Shown here piece by piece: positions 1 through 10,778 of a stretch of 64,000 nt of DNA. The stretch comes from Lingula anatina (lineage: Eukaryota; Animalia; Brachiopoda), in the NCBI GenBank assembly GCA_051362555.1, contig CM120645.1:23960934-24024933 (forward strand). The letters are read 5' to 3'. A model generated the notes under the pieces. It was not told the origin of the DNA. It saw only the letters and a program-made list of their open reading frames with translations, and made no database searches. Made by a program: the position numbers and the translations under genes. Position 1 is the first letter of the stretch. Every line of letters starts with the position of its first letter.

Positions 1-847
1 ATCTATAGAATCGTCAACAGAAGTCCGCCATGTTGGCACTGGTGGCGGTTGTGTCTCTTGATCTGATTGGTCAGATTTATCAGCTTCCGCCATTGTTCTC
101 TTAATAGCTGCATCAATACTGTCATCGTAATTTTGAAGCCGTGCTCTTTTTGCAACGTTAACATCCTCATCAATGACTAACATTTCAGGTTCAGGGGAAT
201 CATCCCTAGGGGGCAGTGGTGAGCTGCTTGCTATTGGTGCTGTCTTGGTAGTTTCAGTAAGCGCTTTGGCTAGATGAGAAGACTTTGAAGCAGCTGCACT
301 ACCAGGGGAAGAGGGCGTCGTCTTCTTACTTTTACCTTCTCCCTTTGGACTTTTAGCCCTCACGGGAGATTTTGATCGAGATGGAGACTTTGGAGGCTTA
401 GCAGTTTTGGAACTCAACATAGCCTTAACGACTTCTGAAGGTTTGGGGGTGAGTGGTGATTTTGGCACATTAGGTGGTGGTGGTGTTGGTGAAGGAAGTG
501 GTGCTGTCGGAACAGGAGAAGGTGGCGCTGCTTTTGTCACCACCACAGGTGGTGCTGATGGTGCTAATGGCACCACTGGGGAAGTAAGTGGTCTCATCAA
601 TAAACTGGATTCAGGTTTGGAGGGTGTGGTAACTTCATTCTGGACCTTCTCTGCTGGAGCCTTCTCTGGGGTGGTCTCCATTTTCTCTTCTTTTCTCAGC
701 GGCTGTGATTTGATTGGTTGTTTTTGAGGCGCTGGTGGGGTACGAGCATCTGGGAGTTTTCCATGCCGCATAGGAGAAATGAGTCCCTGGTCTGTCATGA
801 TGACATTTTTTATTTCATATCGAGAACCAAGCACTTCATCTGCCAGT
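1..847 (-). CDS. TAF3: TAF3 coding exon 4 (Pro/Lys/Ser-rich middle region, truncated at window edge)
   Basis: tttcag acceptor at 849-848; frame gives MTDQGLISPMRHGKLPDARTP at the start and SIDAAIKRTM and WRTSVDDSID near base 1, resembling TAF3 ASIDAVIAR / WTMDASID motifs. Confidence 0.88.
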
Positions 848-1015
848 CTGAAACAGGAAACAAATGATGTTTTTTTTTTTACAAACCTCTAAATCATCAG
901 ATTTATTTGACAATTGTTATTTCTATTTAAATTTATCAATTATATGAAAAGTTCTTACTATTTGTGATACAACATGAGTACTGACCCTTTAAAATAAAGG
1001 AGATGATAAAACTAC

Positions 1016-1169
1016 CTTTGTTTCTTTGCTGGCTGTTCTGCAGTAGGACTGGTCAACATTCTCTTCAATGTGTCTGAGCCAGCACTGCCATCTGGTGGCA
1101 AAACTTCACCATTCTGCTCACCAGGGGGAGGCACCTTCTTGGTGGGGGTCTGTGCAGGCTCTTCAAATT
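1016..1169 (-). CDS. TAF3: TAF3 coding exon 3
   Basis: tgtgttag acceptor and AAG|gtagt donor; 154 nt open frame EFEEPAQTP...LKRMLTSPTAEQPAKKQR, phase 1 to 2, continuous with neighbours. Confidence 0.85.
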
Positions 1170-1384
1170 CTAACACAAAAAGTTATGGATAATTTAATGA
1201 ACATCTCTGTTAAAAGGTATTAATAATTTTTGACTCCCATGACCATAAGATGATATCAGAGAAAAATGTTTAAGAAATGACAACAATGAAAATCTAAAAA
1301 TTCAAACCTTCAGTTAGAAAATCAAAGCAACTTATACATAATATGGAGGCAAAAGTCTAATCATGAAAAGGCCGTTCAAATCAC

Positions 1385-1627
1385 CTTCCATGTCAGGATA
1401 CATCAGCGGCAGGTGCTCATCAATCGCTTCATCCCTGTTCTGCACTTGTTGACTCTTCCGCGGAGGAAACTGGAGCCTGTTTTCTTTGGGAGCAGGGAAT
1501 GCTGGGATGTCATGTGCGAACACTGGTAGGTCCACATTGTTCACATACTCGTCAAGCTCACCCAGGACAATGCCAAGGTCACGGAATGCAAGGCCAAGGT
1601 CATCCAAGTTGGGTTCTGTTCTTCCAA
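1385..1627 (-). CDS. TAF3: TAF3 coding exon 2 (histone fold, second part)
   Basis: ctag acceptor; FGRTEPNLDDLGLAFRDLGIVLGELDEYVNNVDLPVFAHDIPAFP matches TAF3 GRTDPILDDVGEAF...; 243 nt, phase 1 to 1, G|gtga donor. Confidence 0.93.
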
Positions 1628-1924
1628 CTAGAGTTGTGACAGGAGCAGTATTATTACCTCTGAGTTATTATTGTGAAATATAAGTAAAACAACATGATAA
1701 TCACATATAAATGTAACCTCCATCTTTTGTAAGCTGTACAATATTATATTACTGACACAAATGAAGAGTAGTTACTGGATTGGAGAAATTAGCTGTTTAA
1801 TAAATAATTCATTACATAATTGAATAAACATTTCTTAATCTGCAATGTCTTCGACAGTTTATATACCAAAAAGACTTAAAATGTGTAAAAACAAGTCCTG
1901 TTCCAGTGTCATGAAAGCTACCTC

Positions 1925-2214
1925 CCACACCCCACTTACACTATGCAAAGTAACTGTGTACCATTCTCACCCCTTGAAGCACCCCCCTCCCAACCCTAAG
2001 TACCCCACCAACACCTTACCCACACCCCACTTACACCATGCAGAGTATCTGTGTACCATCCTCACCCCTTAAAGCACCCCCCTCCCAACCCTTAGTACCC
2101 CACCAACACCCTACCCACACCCCACTTACATTGCTCAGAGTATCTGTGTGTGGTCCTCCCCACTTGCAGCAGGTGTCTCTCCCACCCACCCACCCCTACC
2201 CACACCCTACTTAC
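1925..2214 (-). repeat. ~95-bp tandem repeat built from the TAF3 exon-1 end and donor site, G-rich on the sense strand
   Basis: acttac (GTAAGT on minus) at 1934, 2029, 2124 and 2209 with shared flanks cacccc-acttac-a...cagagtatctgtgt; periods 95, 95, 85. Confidence 0.85.
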
Positions 2215-2380
2215 ACTGCTCAGAGTATCTATGTGTAGTCCTTCCCACTTGTAGCAGGTGTCTCTCCAGCAGGTCTGTCAGCAGCTCTAGAGGACTGGAC
2301 TGGATAGAGTTCCAACCCATGTTCTGGCAGATCTGAGCCACGGCAACCTTCAACACACTGCGAGAATACTGGGCTGCCAT
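2215..2380 (-). CDS. TAF3: TAF3 coding exon 1 (start of histone-fold domain)
   Basis: ATG at 2380 gives MAAQYSRSVLKVAVAQICQNMGWNSIQSSPLELLTDLLERHLLQVGRTTHRYSEQ, closely matching the recalled TAF3 N-terminus (MCESYSRSLLRVSVAQICQALGW...); ends phase 1 at a GTAAGT donor (2214-2209). Confidence 0.93.
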
Positions 2381-2776
2381 GATTGGATGGACACTAGTTC
2401 ACAATATCTTACTTCGTTTTTTTGAGTGGTGGTCACATAATCACATCTTAAAGTTCAATTTTCATTCTATTTGCATTTCATTTTCTTTTACAGACATGAG
2501 ATTGCCCTTTGTTGCAACTTAGTTTGGACTTTCAAGCCATCTGTCTTGTTTCTTCTTTTCACTAAAATGATAAGTTAAAGAAATTGATTATTTTAAATTT
2601 GTGGTCTTCATATTGCTAGTATTTAAATTAGATTAAATAATAGTAGCTGTAAATGGTTAGAGCCAATATTGAGTCTAGGGTAAAATCCATAAGAGAATGC
2701 AGACAAAAATCTGCACGTAGCTGGGGTCTGATAATTAGCAAATTTTGGTTGTATGGGAAAACACTGAACTGGTTTG

Positions 2777-2779
<3 letters not shown>

Positions 2780-2810
<31 letters not shown>
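2780..2810. repeat. (GA)n microsatellite
   Basis: about 15 GA units. Confidence 0.95.
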
Positions 2811-2814
<4 letters not shown>

Positions 2815-2949
2815 CAGCGTTTAAGGGATGTCTATGTGTCAATCAGTCTGCAAAGTGAGGTAATTATAACTGAACTCAAGTATGCACTTTACACAAGTCA
2901 TACAAATATAAATGAACACTTATAATTTAGATAGTCTTTCTCCTTGTAC

Positions 2950-3114
2950 CTACCGGAAGTTGATGTAGCCCGCCATTGCGGCACCTGCGCATTTAAAGCT
3001 TACCAAGGAATTCTGGGATAGATTCTTCTCGAGTGCAAGTTTGTCGCTGTAAAGGTGATAAACCTCAGGTGTCGGCAAATTCAAACGGTGAAAGGTCGAT
3101 TTATCTCGGTGAGT
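2950..3114. promoter_or_regulatory. Bidirectional TAF3/ARL6 promoter with both predicted non-coding first exons
   Basis: Minus-strand donor CG|gtaggt at 2953 and plus-strand donor CG|gtgagt at 3109; CpG-richer patch with ETS CCGGAAGT (2953-2960), YY1-like CCGCCATT (2970-2977) and Staf/ZNF143-like ATCCCAGAATTCCTTG on minus (~3004-3019). Confidence 0.6.
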
Positions 3115-3195
3115 TTTGTTATATGCCCTCAGTTCTTATCAGTGCTTTGTTTTTCATAAGATTTACAAATAACCGACATCGGTTGAAAGCGTCTA

Positions 3196-3209
3196 GTTGC
3201 TATGGCCAA
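3196..3209 (+). promoter_or_regulatory. RFX X-box-like motif in ARL6 5' intron
   Basis: GTTGCTATGGCCAA versus consensus GTTNCCATGGNAAC; RFX is the established regulator of ciliary genes. Confidence 0.45.
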
Positions 3210-3633
3210 AATGTAATATTGACAAGACAAACCGGCATTTGAACTTTCGTCTTCTTGAACTTGAGTTTAGAACAAATTCTTAAGACAAATATTTCTTAGT
3301 GAAATGGTGTAGCTAAAGCACCAACGTTCAAAACCAGTAACTCCCGATCACATTCTGTTAATGTTAGGGCCAGTTTTGAACTTCACAGTTTAAGTTTAGG
3401 TACGTCTATTTACTGTATATATGTTGGATTTTTTTCATATAGCCCCGATTGAAAGTAAGTGAAGCAAGTAACATATGGAGTAACCATCCTAATAAACTTC
3501 ATATATTTTGTTTCATTTTCCCTATTTCAGGTTTATATCTCTGTCTGGACACAATACAAGAAAAGATTAAAAGTCACCCCTTCATAGGAAAAAGTAACTC
3601 AATAAATCCAGAAAGAGTATTAAAAGCCACAAG

Positions 3634-4197
3634 ATGGGTTTTCTGGACAGGCTGGCTCAGATGCTGGGACTGAAGAAGAAGGATGCCAAAGTACTGGTTG
3701 TAGGGTTGGACAACAGTGGGAAGTCTACTATACTAAACCACCTGAAGCCCGAGGAAGCCAAGACGGACATTGTGGCCACAGTTGGCTTCAAACAGGAAGT
3801 ATTCCAAACCAAAACCTTACAATTTACAGCCTTTGATATGTCTGGGCAGGGCAGGTATCGCAGTCTGTGGGAGCACTATTACAAAGAATGCAATGGGATT
3901 ATATTTGTGATTGACAGCAGTGATAAACTAAGAATGGTTGTTGCCAAGGACGAGTTGGACACATTGTTACAACATCCAGACATCAAAGATAAAAGGACTC
4001 CGATTTTGTTCTTTGCTAACAAGATGGACTTGCGTGATGCGCTGTCCAGTGTGAAATGTTCCCAGTTGCTGGGACTGGATATGGTAAAGGACAGAGCATG
4101 GCATATCTGTGCCAGTAATGCTATCAGTGGTGAGGGTTTAGCTGAAGGGATAGACTGGCTGACGGAACAACTTCAGAGCATGCTAAAAGGAAAGTAA
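3634..4197 (+). CDS. ARL6: ADP-ribosylation factor-like 6 (BBS3) small GTPase, single coding exon
   Basis: 187 aa; MG start, GLDNSGKS P-loop, DMSGQGRYR switch II, NKMD G4, [19 protein letters not shown] typical of ARL6; preceded by 5'UTR acceptor cctatttcag at 3530. Confidence 0.96.
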   Translation: MGFLDRLAQMLGLKKKDAKVLVVGLDNSGKSTILNHLKPEEAKTDIVATVGFKQEVFQTKTLQFTAFDMSGQGRYRSLWEHYYKECNGIIFVIDSSDKLRMVVAKDELDTLLQHPDIKDKRTPILFFANKMDLRDALSSVKCSQLLGLDMVKDRAWHICASNAISGEGLAEGIDWLTEQLQSMLKGK

Positions 4198-5672
4198 ATA
4201 CAACAACAACTTAAAGATTTACTAGTATTTGACAATCGTGGGGTGGGATGTTTGAATCAAATAAAAATGAAACTCTGTGCTCGCAGAAGTGAATAAGAAA
4301 ACAGATCAGGTTTCTGTATTTTGATAAAAATGCCTGTGCGCCTATTTCAGAATTGCACAGAAACATACTTTATCCTTTGGCACAAAAGATCTGCAACAAA
4401 AAATATGAAAGTTAACAATTTTGAAGCAGGGACTTACAGAACTACTTACAAGTGCTTTCTGGGTATTCAAGAGAATGGTATGAAGTCTCTGGAGAATGAT
4501 TGATTGACTTGCAGATGTTGCAGTAATACCAACATTGGGACCATTTGATATCGTCTGAATATTGTCAGAGTCTGACAGCAGATCTTGTCTTATCATTTGA
4601 ATTGGTGAACCAATGCATTTCAGTTTTAGAATAATATATCTATACATTGGGAATAGACATTCATACTGAATGGCATTGTGTGAGGAGAAAGCATTTAAAG
4701 CTAAACTGTCCACTTCAAACTAATATAACATAAACCATGTTAAACTGTGGTCATGAGGTAACCCATCTTCACATGAGAGCATAATATAGACCAGCTCTTA
4801 AATATGGTGTTTAAAATCTCGTATGAGAAGGTATGTAGAGGACATAATTGTGTGAAGGCAGTTACTGAAGCAATTATTGATGGAATTCAATGCTAGAAAT
4901 GTCAATTGCTTCATTGCATGTTTGTGGTGAATGTAATATTGGTACCCAGCACTACCTGGTTATATTCTTGTGGGAATCATTTCCTTCATATCTCATGCAA
5001 TTGTAAATTAACACATTTTATTAAGACTATTCATGACCTCATTTCTTGTGCTGTAGTAGTGGAAGCATGAAAGTGTGGCACCTATCCTTCCCTCCCCCTA
5101 GTCACCAGCGTCCCAATCTAAATGGTTTGATATTTATAACATTGTTTTACTCTTTATAAGCACTTTTGTAAAATTTCTTTCTTACCTTGAATTATTTATT
5201 TTATAGTTTTAATGTAAATTAATATAATTAATTAGTTGAGGCATTGTCTCACATGTTAATAATCAATATTTCACACTGGTCACAAGCATTAAGTCAACAT
5301 TCCTGTAGTTTCCTCCTCTACTGAGGCTCAAGTGTTTGACCACAATTACAGGTTAAAGATTAGTGGTACATGTGTCCAGAGAGGTCAGTCAGTTACTGCC
5401 CACCCAGGAATGGGAATAGCCGTCCAGATAACTTTGTCCTTAGAGTTTTATTTTTTTATATAACAGGGATGTCATCACATTGGAAATCTGGGAATGTGAT
5501 GAAAAATTATCCAGCTATGAGTGGGTCACATCACCAGTTCAGATTATTTATGAATTTAAACTTAGGTAGCAGTAATTACTACAATATGGAAGCCAATCAT
5601 AAAACTTCTTGTTTACCATGTTTACCGAACTATCTTTTATAACTTAGATGGAAAATAGATTTTGAAAATATT

Positions 5673-5725
5673 AATAAATGGATCTTAATTTTTCTTCAGC
5701 CATTTTCTTGTTTCGTTTTGTTGTT
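5673..5725 (+). terminator. Candidate ARL6 polyadenylation signal
   Basis: AATAAA at 5673-5678 followed by a GT/T-rich downstream element (5702-5725); a proximal AATAAA also occurs at 4260. Confidence 0.4.
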
Positions 5726-5819
5726 ACCTTCAGGCTTTGATCTTAAAGCAGGGCTCTGATGCAATAAATCAAAAATAATGAAACAATAATCTTCAAACTA
5801 AGAAAAATATTTTATCAAT

Positions 5820-5877
5820 CATTCATCAAAGAAAATTAAGACAAATCCAGAAGTGTTGTAGAAAACTTATCTTTATT
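5820..5877 (-). terminator. Candidate MAGI polyadenylation signal
   Basis: AATAAA on minus at 5877-5872 with T-rich downstream sequence; implies a ~2.4 kb 3'UTR. Confidence 0.35.
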
Positions 5878-8255
5878 GTGTTACAAAGTCTCTCACTACA
5901 TCTCTGGTTCTCACAGGTTCACCCTAGAATATACACTACTGAACTATGCTACTATACAGTGCAGGCAACTGTGTATATATGTATACAGTGTAGAGTGCAG
6001 GACACTCAGTGGACACTCAGCTAGAGTCCATGGTATATACACAACACCCCTCATCAGGTTAATGCTCTGGGTTTTTTACACTATACATTTGATGTTGGGC
6101 CAACTTGTTAAAATAATTTTTATTCTTCTTTAATTTGAAGACACCTGGTTTAAATGTGTAATGATGTTAATTTAGACATTAATTTAGACCACAATGCAAG
6201 CTCTTTGACACCACATTTGGACACATGCCCTGGATGGTGTAATTATCTATATACTGATATTTTAGTACAAGTTTCTTTGTCCTAATTTTTATTAGAGAGT
6301 ACATGTACTTAACAAAAATGTGACACATTCTAATTATGATATTTGGCAAGTATTTTTCTCTATTATCATGATATGTAAGTGACGTAAAAATAATTTTAAG
6401 CTGGTGAAATGATGTGATAGACTTGTCAGTACTAATTGTGTAATGCAGATTGTGACTCCCACATTATAATAAGCAGTGAATGTAAAATTCAGGAAAACTG
6501 GGTGACTTTCACAGTACACCAATAGTGTTAAAAATGTGAAGACTTCTTAAAAGTCAAAAATACTTGTAGAATAAAGATTTGTGATATTCTCACTGATATT
6601 TCTTTGCCCTAGTCTGAATTTTTTGCAATATATACATTCAGACAAAAACGCAATGATTATGTATATGAAAAAATTGAAAAACCGAACTCTGTGATAAAAA
6701 ATGGGCAGCTAAATTCAAAGCAATCAGCTGGTGCCACAAATTTCATGACATTATTTATATATAATTAATAGATGTAAAATTCTATATATGAAAACATCAT
6801 GCACTATATTTACATTATCACTGTGTAAACTAAAAGGGTGTGGCTTTGTATAGAAAATATACTTTAGTATTCCTCCACATTGCATATCACATGCAGGTCT
6901 GCATAATACACTTTCAGCTTTCATAATTAATTACATATTAAAAGTTAAATGACAATTATTCCCCTATTCTGCTACATAGTGAGAACCTCTCACAAATTTC
7001 TGCATCTTTTAAATATATTAATAATATTTTACATTTGTTCCTGCTTACTTGTTGAGATTATGCTGTTCAGCTCAGAAAGCTGATATAAACTGGCGTACAA
7101 TAGAGGGCGCTACGTACATCCCCCCCCCCGGTCTCTTATCTTTGATTATGAACCATTAAGTTAAATACTGAGAAGAAAACTACTCTTCTCCTTTGATATT
7201 TCAATCCCTACTTTTAACTATTCCATTTGTTAACTGAAATATAAAATAAGTGATTTCAATATATGTTCCCATCGACAAATAACATTATAACCTTCAAAGG
7301 GTCAAGTTTCACTATGAAATCATTCTTGTTCTCCTGCATGACCACAATCTTTTAATGTAAAACTGTGTCATTTCAGAACAGTAAGCATATAAATAGTTCT
7401 TTGCCCTGGCATTCTTCTGATCAGATTACTACTCTCCTTTCAATTCCAGCCTAAATTCTCTCATTTTCTGTAGGGAATCTAGCTAAAATTATTTAATTAC
7501 TGTTTGCACTATAACATCATTGAGCTTGAACATTTGGCAGCCATTGACTTTGGCAACGAGTTGGGCAAGCATACTTGAGAGAGTGACAAAAGAGGGGATT
7601 GTGGTTGTCCAACCAGTAATAGTGCATTCTCCATTGGCTTTTTTTCTAATGGTTGTAAACAGACAAAGTTTGCCACTCTTAGAATTTTTTGCAACCTCGT
7701 CCTTGTATGTTATTTCCACTGCAGATAAAGCTCTGTTCATAGGGCAACAAAGTGGTGAAATAATCCTCCCTCAGGTTTTTCACTTTGCTGAGGTCACGGA
7801 ATCCAGCCTGAGAAATGGCAGTCAAACTGAGCTGTAAAACAGCTGTCATCTTTACGAATTGCATAACAAAGGTAGCTGTGACATCCACATGGAGCAGAAC
7901 TATCTGTGTTATTGCTGTATGGAGTCATCACATGTGAAGCCTATTTTCTGTTTTCATTTTGTATATATACTTTTGCTGCCGTCATCTTCCACAGTCTGCC
8001 ATGCCTGGGGTAACCCCACCGCTCCAAAACAATTCTATGGCTATATTTGTGCCACACTTCCAAACTTCACAGCTTATCCAGCCGATGAAACAATATTCAT
8101 GTCTGGTAAATGCTTCCACCTCTGGTGATATTAAGTCTTTTTTGAAGACTTTGCTGTCCAGTCCTTTACAAGTGGGCTGTAGTTATCAATAATATATCCA
8201 TATTCTGGTAGCAAACAGAAATGAACTTTGACCTAGATATGATAACATCTACCCC

Positions 8256-8434
8256 TCAATAATTAGGGTGTGGCCTCATGTCGGAGTAATCATAGAAGTA
8301 GTCCTGTCTTTCCTGCATTCGTCGCTGTATCTGAGGAGAGCTGTGGCTGATTGGTCCGTTAGTCAAGGGGGAGGGGTTAGGCTGGCCATGTGGGCTGTGT
8401 GGGGACATAATCCGTCCTGGGGAAGACCCACGTT
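8256..8434 (-). CDS. MAGI: MAGI terminal coding exon
   Basis: tttcag acceptor, phase 1 matching the PDZ5 exon; ERGSSPGRIMSPHSPH...DYSDMRPHPNY* with TGA at 8258-8256. Confidence 0.8.
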
Positions 8435-8772
8435 CTGAAATGATAGTGTTTCAAATATTAACAGTGTTTTTTCTCTTTTATTTTCTTTTTAAATTTTGTT
8501 ACTTGGCAAAGAAATGGTAAAAATAAAACACAAGCTTAGCACAACTATGGATTTTAACCTTCATGTTCACAAAGCTGACTGAAAAACCTGGGTATCTTGA
8601 AACAATAAATTTAACAACTCTAAAACAAAAAATAATGAACATTCAAGGGGGAAAAACATTTATCTGCAATTTCAATATTCCAGTGAAAGCATTATATCAG
8701 TCAAAAAGACAGCATCAAATCACAAGATAATATCAACAGAAACTAAGATATAAGATTGTTTTTTAGCTGTAC

Positions 8773-8793
8773 CTCTGATGTATGGCAAAACGA
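8773..8793 (-). CDS. MAGI: Candidate 21-nt MAGI microexon (VVLPYIR)
   Basis: Pyrimidine tract ctttcctccattttctctcttaccaag, donor GAG|gtacag, phase 1 to 1, open frame. Confidence 0.45.
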
Positions 8794-9631
8794 CTTGGTA
8801 AGAGAGAAAATGGAGGAAAGTGACACGAGGACTTATGACAAACATTAAGCAATATCCAAGAAAAGAACACCAAAAAGAGAAGCAACAGGAAAAGATCTGA
8901 AACTGTATAATCTGGACAAGTGTCCATAAGACATTATGAGTTCAAGTTATCTACCACTAGGAAGTAATACACAGATTCTGTCTGGAACATTTGCAGCACC
9001 TAACACAGAGAGCAAGGTAAGAGAATCTTCTCAGGCAACAGAAAACAAGAATATCAGATGAAAAGTTGAAAAAACTGCATCTAGAGTAACAATGTAAAAT
9101 CATGCATTTCTTATCAAAAACTTTAATAACATCAACCATTTAACACTAAAGCATGTCATAATTCATTCCAATGCTGAAAGTTGTAAAATTGAAGTAAGCT
9201 CCTTGTTCAATATAACTTCCACTGAGAGGTCAAAGGTCACATGCAGTCCAGGTTGACATGAACTCCATCAAATAAATAGGTCATCATGACCTATATATTT
9301 CAAAACAGGTCAAAGTGACCCACATATCATTAAAGAAGTCAAAGAGATCTAAACATGACTAAGCTAAGCCTAGGATATAGCTTGTTCTATAGATGTTAAC
9401 AAGACTACTTCAGACAGGTAGAAGCAATGTATTAAGCCATGCAGTTGATCTAGACCAAATACATCGGCAGTAGCAGACGGCTTTCAAGTTCACCTGGAGT
9501 GAGGCAGCTTAGGTCACAAGGTCAAGGTCAAGGTCGCGTTTTACTGGAGAGAGATCACAGGATAGCTATGGAGAAGGCCACACTTGGGCGGCCAGCGCAA
9601 CCTTTTAGGACATTCATACAAGCAGCGCCAC

Positions 9632-9691
9632 CTGCCGGAGAATGATGGTTTACCGAAAGGTTGGAAGATTCACACCCTGCTTTAGAAGCAT
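9632..9691 (-). CDS. MAGI: Candidate MAGI alternative exon after PDZ5 (60-nt cassette, or alternative last exon ending ...SIAIL*)
   Basis: Strong acceptor with ACTAAY motifs upstream; DASKAGCESSNLSVNHHSPA in phase 1; donor CAG|gtggcg is weak. Confidence 0.4.
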
Positions 9692-10070
9692 CTAGTAGTG
9701 ATGGGAGAGAGGGACGGAAAGAGAAATAAAATGCAAAAGATAAAATATTAGTGCCCTTTTCACATGTTAGTGTTAGAATTAGTGAAGTGCAGTAATTTAA
9801 TCCATAATTCTAAGTCCTGCAGTGAGAAGTAGAATGGGCTAAAATAAGTTAAACAACAGATTAAATCATTCAACAAACATGGTAAACAATTTTGCCTCTT
9901 TTTAAAAATTGGTCAAAACTTTTTCTCACTTAAAATCATGAGAAAGAAACAACTAATTAAGTTGTGCCCAATATTGCATAATCAGCAACAGATTGATGAC
10001 CAGCAGGAATGAAGGTTCTCCGTGTTTTCATCGCAACTCTGCACAAGACAAATTCTTTAGTTCTGCTTAC

Positions 10071-10209
10071 CAAAATTAGGAGGTGGTTTTCCCGTCCTTT
10101 TGACCAGTAGTCTGACCCGTGACCCTCCACTCTGTATGATATCAATGGCCGCAGCATGGGTCATTCCCTGCGTCCTGATATTGTTGATTTCTAAGATCTG
10201 ATCTCCAAC
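10071..10209 (-). CDS. MAGI: MAGI exon, PDZ5 second half
   Basis: VGDQILEINNIRTQGMTHAAAIDIIQSGGSRVRLLVKR; AG acceptor, G|gtaag donor; 139 nt. Confidence 0.93.
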
Positions 10210-10235
10210 CTTAAGAGGGAGAAAAGGAAGTTTCA

Positions 10236-10249
10236 GTTTCCATGGTAAC
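10236..10249. promoter_or_regulatory. Consensus RFX X-box in MAGI intron
   Basis: GTTTCCATGGTAAC fits GTTNCCATGGNAAC exactly. Confidence 0.4.
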
Positions 10250-10611
10250 TAATGTAACCACATTAAAACACGTTGCTACAGCTGAACAATAAGTCCAAAA
10301 CATCTCAATAAATAGAACAATGCATGGTGCCTACAGGCAAGACATTTCAAGTTAAATCAAAATCAACATTATCCCTGATTTAGAGAATCTCTTAACATAC
10401 TAAATCAGATAGTAGACTATCCAGATTAATAAACAAGCTGTCTGTTTTGCTTGAACTTCACTATGAATCTGGAAAACGATTCCAAATCCACAAGATTTTC
10501 AAGATAAGTTTTTGTGTATTTCTGTTTATTCGAACTGAATGGTACTATCACTCTAGAAGCAACAAAAAGCACAGAATCTACTGATGAGAGCTAAATATTC
10601 TGTCCACCCAC

Positions 10612-10773
10612 CCGCAATCTTCCGTCCATGTTGGCTGCTCCTCCGTCAGCAATCCTGAGCACGTACAGAGGCATGTTGTTGAACTCCTGACCTCCACGTA
10701 TTGAGAAGCCAAACCCACGAGATCCTCGGTGAAGTTCTACCACGTAGATCTGGTCTTCTCCCTGGTCACCTCC
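10612..10773 (-). CDS. MAGI: MAGI exon, PDZ5 first half
   Basis: [45 protein letters not shown]; 162 nt, phase 0 to 0. Confidence 0.94.
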
Positions 10774-10778
10774 CTACA

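Noticed and set aside
407-727. Plus-strand Gly-rich 106-aa ORF
   Set aside because: Antisense shadow of the Pro-rich TAF3 exon
4321-8192. Several 60-120 aa ORFs between ARL6 and MAGI
   Set aside because: Lie in probable 3'UTRs; no homology or splice support
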